Shown: piece by piece, positions 57,088 through 64,000 of the stretch
Position numbering within the stretch: the first letter of the stretch is position 1
Layout of the letters: each line of letters begins with the position of its first letter
Assembly (NCBI GenBank): GCA_963734865.1
Contig: CAVTIV010000022.1
Coordinates: forward strand, 74,432 to 138,431
DNA from: Pirellulaceae bacterium
GTDB taxonomy: Bacteria; Planctomycetota; Planctomycetia; Pirellulales; Pirellulaceae
DNA length: 64,000 nt
Reading direction: 5' to 3'
The notes under the pieces: generated by a model
The model's database searches: none
Told to the model about the DNA's origin: nothing
What the model saw: the letters and a program-made list of their open reading frames with translations, nothing else
Position numbers and translations under genes: made by a program

Positions 57088-59405
57088 GGGTACCGCTGAC
57101 GGTTTCCTTTGGTTGTGGCTGCGTTGTCGCAGAATCGGTTGGGAGCGTTTGTAATGCAGGCAACGATCCTTCAAGTCGTTGCATCTCTGCTAAGGAGAGC
57201 AGAAATGCAAGAGTCGATTCCGCCCCTTGGTTCTGATTGACTTGATGTTCCGCCAGCCCGTCGTAGCATCCGCCCGTTGTCGCGTCGTAAATCGGTATTC
57301 CGTGGTCGTTGCGTCCGAGGAACCAGTCAAATGCCAAGTGCGCTTGTTCGCACCAAAAAGGGTCTTTGACAGCATTGAAGGCCTCGATCGCTGCCGACAC
57401 CGTCGCGTGTGCTTCGATCGCCTGTTGATCATAGATCGCAGTGGGCACACCTTGGCGACAAAAACCATTGCACCCAATTGGACGGAATCTGCCTTCGGGC
57501 GACAGTTGCTTTCCACACAGCCAGCGGAGCGACTCGATACCAATCTCCGTGACCCGCGGATTCTCACTCCAACATCCGCTGAGTATCAATGCATGCGATA
57601 ACTTGGCGTTGTTGTAAGCAGCTACATCCTCAAACCAAGGCCAATCGTCCCGTGCCGTTCGATCGAATAAGTCGACGAGTTTTTCGGCCAATCGTTCGCC
57701 GGTCTGACTGACGACGCGATCACCGCCCATCCGGCGCAGGTACTCGTGAATACCAAGCAGCGCGCAGCGCCCAGGTGCGCGGCGACGTCGTGTCTTCACA
57801 TGCGGGCAAAGCCTTTGCGAATAACTCCATCGCCCACGCCTGCAAGCCTTGCCTTCGTGAACGACCGACACAGGTGCCGAGTGCCCAGATCGCGCGCCCC
57901 TGAGAATCATCGGAACCGTCCTTCTCAAGCCATCGGCGATCGAAACTGAGAAAGTTGCGAAAGCGACGACTCGTTTGATCAAAGGCATAATTCAGAAACG
58001 CGGCGTAAGTGGATGCCAAGGAGTGCAGTTCTTGCGAGTCCTTGCCCAGTTCCTCCAGCAAGACCGTCAAGATCAACGCCCTTGCGTTGTCATCGGTGCA
58101 ATAGCCCTCGTGATGGTTGGGGATCGTGTAACAGGCGTGCTGAATGATCCCGGCGGAATCGCTCATGCGATGCAAGTGTTCCAGATTGATTCGCGGCAGG
58201 TCCAACGGTTGTTCATCCAGTGTTCGCACGGCCAGAGGATTGCGCTCGCACCCATGGTTCGCCTGCGCATCGCGGAAGGACCGCAAATAGATTTCCGCCA
58301 CACGACTCCAGAGCATATCACGCCCCAAAGCGTAGGCGCGCTCACGCATCGTCTGTCGTCTTCGATCGTCGCTCAGCAGTGCGATCATCTCTCGGCCGAT
58401 CGCTTCCGAATCGGCAAACGGTACGAGCACTCCACGATCGTCAGCGAGTAACTCTTCAGCGTGCCAATAGGGAGTCGAGATGACAGCCTGTCCGCAGCCG
58501 AACGCATAGGCAAGCGTCCCCGAAACGGCTTGTGCCACGTTGAGGTACGGAGTGATGTAAAGGTCAGCAGCACAAATGAATTCGGTCAGCTCGTCCAGTT
58601 CCACAAATCGATTGTAGAAGCTGACGTTCTTTGTAATCCCCAACTCTTTTGCCATCCGATCCAAGCTGATGCGATAACGTTCACCTTCGCAGCGCACCAA
58701 ACTTGGATGCGTCGCACCCAAAATCAGATAGATGAAGTCGGGGAATTCGCGAATGACATCGGGAATCGCTTTCAATACGTACTCGATACCTTTATTCGGC
58801 GAGAGTAGCCCGAACGTCAACGCAACTCGCTTGCCTTGCACACCAAACTGCTCTTTGAATTCGCTGGAATCCGCATAGGGCGCGTCGGGAATGCCATGCG
58901 CGATCAAATCCACCTTACTCTCGGGGACTGCGTACGTCTTGCACAACGTCTCGCGACTTCGCTCAGTCATCACGACAAGACGCGTGGAAAGCTTGGTCAG
59001 CTGTTCCATGACTCGCCGCTGCGTGGCATCCGGTTGCGACAAAACCGTATGCAGCGTGGTCACGACCGGAACCCGTATATCGCGCAGAAAGGCCAGAATG
59101 TGGCTTCCACCGAGGCCTCCGAAGATGCCGAATTCGTGCTGCAAAGAGACCACATCGACTTTGCTGAAGTTCAAAAAGTCAGCGGCACGACGATAGGCGT
59201 CAACCTCCTGTTCCGGAATTTGAAAACTCACTTCAGATGCGTAGTCATAACCACCTGCGATATCGTCCACTGGCACAACAACACATTGAGCCGCAGAAGC
59301 ACTGGCTACGGCGTCGCGCAAATCGTGAGTGAACGTTGCGATGCCGCACTTGCGCGGCAGGTAGTCGCCAACAAAAGCGATTTTGGTAAGGCCAGAGTTG
59401 GCCAT
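57077..59405 (-). pseudogene. GT4 (group 1) glycosyltransferase fused to a ~330-aa C-terminal helical domain; frameshift near 57755-57770
   Basis: AAGGAG then ATG 59405. MANSGLTKIAFVGDYLPRKCGIATF..., LSPNKGIEYVL, ADLYITPY...SGTLAYAFGCGQAVISTPYWHAEELL. ORF 57720-59528 ends ...SPRTWALRAAW. ORF 57077-57988 continues ALLGIHEYLRRMGGDR... in another frame. Confidence 0.75.
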
Positions 59406-59436
59406 GGGTGGCTCCTTTGGTGCTCTGGTTCGGATG

Positions 59437-60507
59437 TCAATGAAGTGCGCTGACGATATCTTGTCTGGAAAAAACAACGACGCCGATCGAAGTGTCGGCC
59501 GCGCCGTAGTAAACGCTGAGCAGGTCATCGTGCTGATGAATCGTCGAGTTGATCATTGCCGTTGGAAACACGACGTCGGGTACGAAACCGTTTCGCTCGA
59601 ACTCAGCCATAGGTCGCATGATCGGCTGGTCGGATCGCGCCAGCACGCGGGCCGGATTGTCTCGATCCAATAGTAAGGCACCCACGGAGTATTCGCCGAC
59701 ACGACCCTCACGCTGGACTCGCTGGCTGCCGTGATAGAGATGCAGCCAGCCTTCGTCGATTAAAATTGGCGGAGTTCCTCCACCGACGCGGTCCGCATCC
59801 CAACTCTGACGCCCACGATGCAAGCTTTGGTGCTCGCCCCAATGCAACAAGTCGGGTGATCGGGCGATCCAGATTTGTGGCGGACTGAAATGCGAATGCG
59901 GATTTGGGCGATGCAGTGCCAGGTATTGGCCATCGACCTGCTGCGGAAACAGAACGACGTCTTTATTCTCGGGACAAAAGATCAAGCCGTGTCGCTTGAA
60001 TGTCACCATGTCATCGCTGGAAGCCAGCGCCGTTGCCGCTCCCTGTCGCGATACGGCCACGTAGGTGATCCAGTACGTTTGATCGATCTTGGTAATCCGA
60101 GGGTCTTCCAGGCCAAACTCTTCGAATGCCATCTCAGGCAAGAGTGCTGGCCCCGGCAACCAGCCGTCCGAGCTTCCGTCGCGTTTGCGAAACATACGCA
60201 GATGCGAGACCGATGTCAGCCGCAATCGGCCCTCGGACTTGATTTGCACAACGCGCGGATCGACCGATATCAAATCGTCGTCGCAAACCCAGTCGATGAG
60301 GTAGTCACCACTCGTTTCCCAGCGAGGCAGCCCCGTGAAACCGGCACGTTGTTCAAGGGGCTGCTCGGCGACTCGCGCGAGCATGAAGACTTCGTTCTCG
60401 ATCCGTACCACGCCTGGATTGAAGACACCGATCACGGCAAAATGATCATCTGCCGGCTGGACGTCAGCCGGGCAAAGCAATTGCGATTCGGAAAGTCGAG
60501 GAATCAT
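59437..60507 (-). CDS. GH130-family glycoside phosphorylase/hydrolase-like protein
   Basis: VFNPGVVRIENEVFMLARV, GLEDPRITKIDQTYWITYVAVS, NKDVVLFPQQVDGQYLALHRP, GGGTPPILIDEGWLHLYHG and GFVPDVVFPTA. ATG 60507 overlaps the ptsI-like stop (ATGA, 60507-60504). Confidence 0.75.
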   Translation of the reverse strand: MIPRLSESQLLCPADVQPADDHFAVIGVFNPGVVRIENEVFMLARVAEQPLEQRAGFTGLPRWETSGDYLIDWVCDDDLISVDPRVVQIKSEGRLRLTSVSHLRMFRKRDGSSDGWLPGPALLPEMAFEEFGLEDPRITKIDQTYWITYVAVSRQGAATALASSDDMVTFKRHGLIFCPENKDVVLFPQQVDGQYLALHRPNPHSHFSPPQIWIARSPDLLHWGEHQSLHRGRQSWDADRVGGGTPPILIDEGWLHLYHGSQRVQREGRVGEYSVGALLLDRDNPARVLARSDQPIMRPMAEFERNGFVPDVVFPTAMINSTIHQHDDLLSVYYGAADTSIGVVVFSRQDIVSALH

Positions 60508-62274
60508 TGGCGACCGTTGATGCACTGGGTAACCGTTAAAGAGGAATCAAGCAACGAGACGTCAGCCAGTCCGGTTGCCAACAGCGCGCGAACCTCACTC
60601 GGGCTTCGACATTGAAGCGCAAGTTCGGCGAGCTCAGTCGCTTGCCGCGAGTCAGTTCGGCGGATCGCTTGCCGGACTGCGGCAGCGCGACTGGGGCACA
60701 GGCTAAGTTCGCGGATACCAAGGCCGACAAGCAAGCGGGCGAAGTCGGCGTCTGCCGCCTCTTCGCCACAAACACATACCGGTCGATTCCACCTGTCGCT
60801 CGCTTGGACAATCTGCTTGATCGCGCGGAGCACCGCCGGGTGCATGGCCGTACAGTCGTCTGTTGCTTCGGATAAGTCACGATCGGCTGCCAGAATGTAC
60901 TGAGTCAAATCGTTCGTACCGATCGCGGTAAAGTCGGCCAATTCAAGGATTTCGTCCAAGGCAAACAACGCCGCAGGTGTTTCAATCATCGCGCCGACGG
61001 GTGGTCGACGCAACACATCGAGTTGCCCAACGGCACGATCAACGGCTGCGATTGCCAGTGCAAAATCGTGACTCCCGATCACCATCGGAAACAAAATGCG
61101 AACATCTGCGGTCTGCGCAACTTGAACAATTGCCCGCAATTGGGCATCCAGAAGATTCTTTTCAGAGAGCGAGAATCGTAATCCACGCAAATGAAGGCTC
61201 GAACGATTTCTTAATTCATCGAGTGCCAGGAATGAGGGGAGTTTGTCACCGCCAAGATCGAAGGTCCGAATCACCATCGGCAAACCAGATAACGTACTTG
61301 CCATGTCGCCATAGACTTGCAACTGCAGGTCGAAGCTCGGACGCTGATGCGATTCGATAAATAAGAACTCGGTGCGAAACAGCCCGACTCCGGTTAAGTG
61401 ATGTTCCGCGACCTGATCGATTTCGTCCGGTAATCCGACGTTTCCCAACAGCGAAACCTCCACGCCATCCCGTGTCACACAGGGCAGAATCTCCTCGGAC
61501 ACCAGTGATGCGATCTGACGATCGTATTCGAGTTGGCGAACTGAAAAGGCGGTGCTTCTCGGATTCCGATGGCTGAATCGTGACGATTCCCGTCAGGCCA
61601 TCGACCAGCAGCTTTGCACCGGACGGAATCCGCGTCGTCGCGCTGGAGATACCTGAGATCGCTGGAATCCCCAATGATCGGGCAACGATCGCGGTGTGAC
61701 TGAACTTTCCTGAGTACTCGGAGACGATCGCAACCACACCGCTATTGGCAAGCCCGACCGCTTCGGACGGAAGCAGTTCGCGGGCCACGATCACGGATCC
61801 CGGCGGAAGCGACTCGAAACTGCAGGGCATCACGCCTGCCAAGTTGCGAGTCATCCGCTGGCCCACATCGCGGACGTCTTGTTCGCGTTGCCGCAGGTAC
61901 TCGTTATCGAGTTTTTGCAATCGGCGGACCCAATCGCGGATGACTGAATCAAGAGCCTGCTCCACATTGACAAGATCGGATCCAATCTGCTGCTTCACTG
62001 ACGCCGCAATCTCACTGGCCATTGCGGCATGAGCAGACAACAGCGCCGCCGCGTCCGCGAATTTCGGATCACCACCTGTCGTTTGCTTCGCGATTTGCAA
62101 TTCACGCTTTGACTGCTCAAGGGCATCGTCAATCCGATCGCATTCTGTCTGCACATCAGTATGCTGAATATCGCGATCCGGCAACGAAAGCCTTCGTTCG
62201 ACTTCATAGTCGTAAACGATCGCAATCCCACTTGCGAAACCAGGTGAGACGGGACTCCCTTCCAATATTCTCAT
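60504..62274 (-). pseudogene. ptsI: Phosphoenolpyruvate-protein phosphotransferase (PTS enzyme I)-like; frameshift at a T4 run (plus-strand A-run 61544-61547)
   Basis: MRILEGSPVSPGFASGIAIVY. Phosphohistidine loop GKFSHTAIVARSLGIPAI. After ...SESEKHR the reading continues in another frame: SVRQLEYDRQIASLV...GVGLFRTEFLF, IRTFDLGGDK, GAMIETPAA, IGTNDLTQY, CVCGEEAAD. Confidence 0.8.
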
Positions 62275-62837
62275 TCTTCTTTCCTATTCGTTTAGTTCAG
62301 CGGTTTTGACAACGTTGCTGCCGGCGGCAGCACGAAGTGGGAGCATTTCTTGTATCACTCTAATAGGTATAGCTCCGCATGTTTTCCCAGCAACGCCGGG
62401 GCCAGGAGAGGATTCTCGCCCGCTCCGAGGGTAACCTCCGTCCTAGGACGAACGCGTCAGCTTTTCTTTCGGCCTATATCTGAGCGTCTCCTGGTTTGAG
62501 TTTCTGTCAAGCCTGTTGACGGCTTCCCACGCCCGCCGCCGATTCTTGAATCATCGTGAAGCATCAAGATCGGGCGACGGACGGAATCCGTCGCCATTGG
62601 CGCGCTCGATCGAGTTACGATCAGTGCCCGTGTACGGAACCGCTTCTGGGGTTAGCAGAAACATTCGCACGATCGCACCGGTCGTGAATGCATGCACGAC
62701 TGCGCCCGTTGCGGTTTCGATTTCCGAGCTCGCTTCGCGCACCTCCCATCCGAGCCGGGCTGCTCTTTATCTAGTCATCCGACAAACTTAACTCGTCTAG
62801 TTCCAGGCCCTCGTTGCAATCCAAGGACCATTTGCCA

Positions 62838-62930
62838 TCAGTAGCATTTGCCCTCGATCCGACGCGGTTTCACCTTTTCGCTCTTCGGCAAGTACATTGT
62901 CAGAACACCATTTTTCAATTCGGCGGAGAT
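62838..62930 (-). pseudogene. 3' remnant (about 30 codons) of an Hsp20/alpha-crystallin small heat-shock gene
   Basis: Minus-strand reading ISAELKNGVLTMYLPKSEKVKPRRIEGKCY-stop (TGA 62840-62838) matches the typical Hsp20 C-terminus (A.L.NGVL.I.LPK....KPR.I.I). No N-terminal or core part is present. A terminator lies immediately upstream. Confidence 0.55.
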
Positions 62931-62961
62931 CCTCGACCGAACCAAGGCGGACGACAAGAAC

Positions 62962-63020
62962 AAAAAAAAACCGATGTGGCAGAACATCCACGGGTGATGC
63001 GCCACATCGGTTTACTTTTT
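62962..63020. terminator. Bidirectional Rho-independent terminator
   Basis: A9 tract (62962-70). Perfect 13-bp stem AAACCGATGTGGC (62968-80) / GCCACATCGGTTT (63001-13), with inner CATC/GATG pairing. TTTACTTTTT follows. On the minus strand the stem is followed by nine U. Confidence 0.8.
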
Positions 63021-63384
63021 AACCAGCCGCCCGGGTCTGCCAAGTTGCTTTTTATCTAGTCACCCGAAAACTACGTCGAGGAAGGGTTCACTGACCCTGT
63101 CCCTAACGTCCACTATCGTAGGGCATTCGGTTGATAAAACAAGGGCGCGGCGTCGTAATCGCCACCCTTGAAGTCAACTGGATAGATTCCTTAGGCCTAC
63201 TTGGCGTTGGATCCACCGTGAGCGAGAAGCGAAAATGTCCCATCCCAAAACTTGCGAGCAGTTTCCGCCAATGGATCGAGGCGGCTCACAATCAAGACGT
63301 TTGTCACGTTGGCGCAGATGACAGTCATTCTGCAACCTGCCGGTTGGCGAAACCGTGCGTGGTGTTGTGACGGTCAACCGAGCG

Positions 63385-63546
63385 TTAGCGACCCAACAGA
63401 AGCAACACACCGGCAGCGATGGCGAGCGCGGCCAATATAAGTCCGGTCTGGGCAAAGCCTATATGGACGAACGCCAATACACCCGTTGCGATCAGCCAAA
63501 TGGCCAACAAGAGCATGCCTATGTTTTTAGTCCCAATCCACTTCAT
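63385..63546 (-). CDS. 53-aa two-TM small membrane protein
   Basis: AAGGAG, 7 nt, then ATG 63546. MKWIGTKNIGMLLLAIWLIATGVLAFVHIGFAQTGLILAALAIAAGVLLLLGR. Confidence 0.6.
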   Translation of the reverse strand: MKWIGTKNIGMLLLAIWLIATGVLAFVHIGFAQTGLILAALAIAAGVLLLLGR

Positions 63547-63716
63547 CGATTCACTCCTTCGTTTTGGCAGAACGGCACTCCGTGGAGAAGCAGCTTCTCC
63601 GCCACGGAGCGTCGGACCTTCGTTCGTAAGCCTCGTCCAGCGCGGCGAACAAATCATTCATCGCGCTCTCAACACCGTTGCCCTTGACCGTCCACTCGTC
63701 TTCGCCAGCGGATTCA

Positions 63717-63878
63717 TCAGAATGGAAGACGCCCCATAAGCAACAGGATGACCAGAATCAGCACGACCAATCCAAGCCCTCCGCTCGGGCCATAGCCCCA
63801 ATTTCTGCTGTGGCCCCACGTAGGCAACGCACCCAGCAGCATCAGAATCAAGATCACGACCAAAATAGTACCAAGCAT
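63717..63878 (-). CDS. DUF3309-family 53-aa small membrane protein
   Basis: AGGAG then ATG 63878. MLGTILVVILILMLLGALPTWGHSRNWGYGPSGGLGLVVLILVILLLMGRLPF closely follows the DUF3309 pattern as I remember it (LLGALP.W..SR.WGY.PSGGLGL). Confidence 0.7.
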   Translation of the reverse strand: MLGTILVVILILMLLGALPTWGHSRNWGYGPSGGLGLVVLILVILLLMGRLPF

Positions 63879-64000
63879 TTCAATTCTCCTGTTAAACAAG
63901 GTCTGAACGAACAGCGTAATGTGACGCGTCGTTTCATCGGTACGTCCCCGCCATGACGCTTGGACCGCGTTCCGATGGCGTCTGCGTGTGCGGCTGCGGC

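Noticed and set aside
62300-62800. Possible RNase P RNA, tmRNA, SRP RNA or tRNA in the gene-poor region
   Set aside because: By eye, I found on neither strand the conserved cores I know: GGAAAGTCCGG, ACAGAA.CCGGCTTA, AGGTCAGGTCCGGAAGGAAGCAGC, GGTTCGA.TCC T-loops or a terminal ...CCACCA. A covariance-model scan would be needed to be sure.

Overview
GC-rich window (high-50s % by eye). Gene content looks planctomycete (Pirellulaceae-like): an N-terminal LETLESRRLLA motif, many BNR/Asp-box beta-propeller proteins, a Ser/Thr kinase with TM and TPR regions, and a giant repeat protein. Layout: (1) 1-3.7 kb holds a TolC-family gene and a beta-lactamase-family/BNR fusion gene, both frame-disrupted. 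(2) 3.8-5.2 kb and 54.2-55.6 kb hold two direct, near-identical copies of a 1.37 kb Y1 (HUH) transposase element with inverted AAAGGGACACCCA ends, bracketing about 49 kb. (3) 5.3-14.8 kb is a co-directional cluster: SDR, M24 hydrolase, two BNR proteins, a propeller/HEAT protein, an AstE/AspA-family deacylase and a PALP enzyme. (4) 14.9-16.2 kb holds an esterase remnant and an FkbM methyltransferase. (5) 16.6-49.8 kb reads as one ancestral gene of about 33 kb (about 11,000 codons), now cut into more than 35 ORF fragments. It contains arrays of 270-300 aa units, autotransporter-type blocks, beta-helix turns, PKD-like units, RTX repeats, a metzincin motif and cadherin-like repeats. Some disruptions are shared between repeat copies, so they are not random read errors. 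(6) 50.1-54.1 kb holds the kinase and a Tat-signal BNR protein. (7) 55.6-62.3 kb is a tightly coupled minus-strand operon: ptsI-like, GH130, GT4 fusion, GH130. (8) 62.3-64 kb holds a poorly explained non-coding stretch with an Hsp20 gene remnant, a bidirectional terminator, about 60 bp direct repeats and two 53-aa membrane-protein genes. Five ordinary genes also carry single frameshifts, so assembly indels versus real pseudogenes must be settled with reads. No rRNA, tRNA or CRISPR was found.
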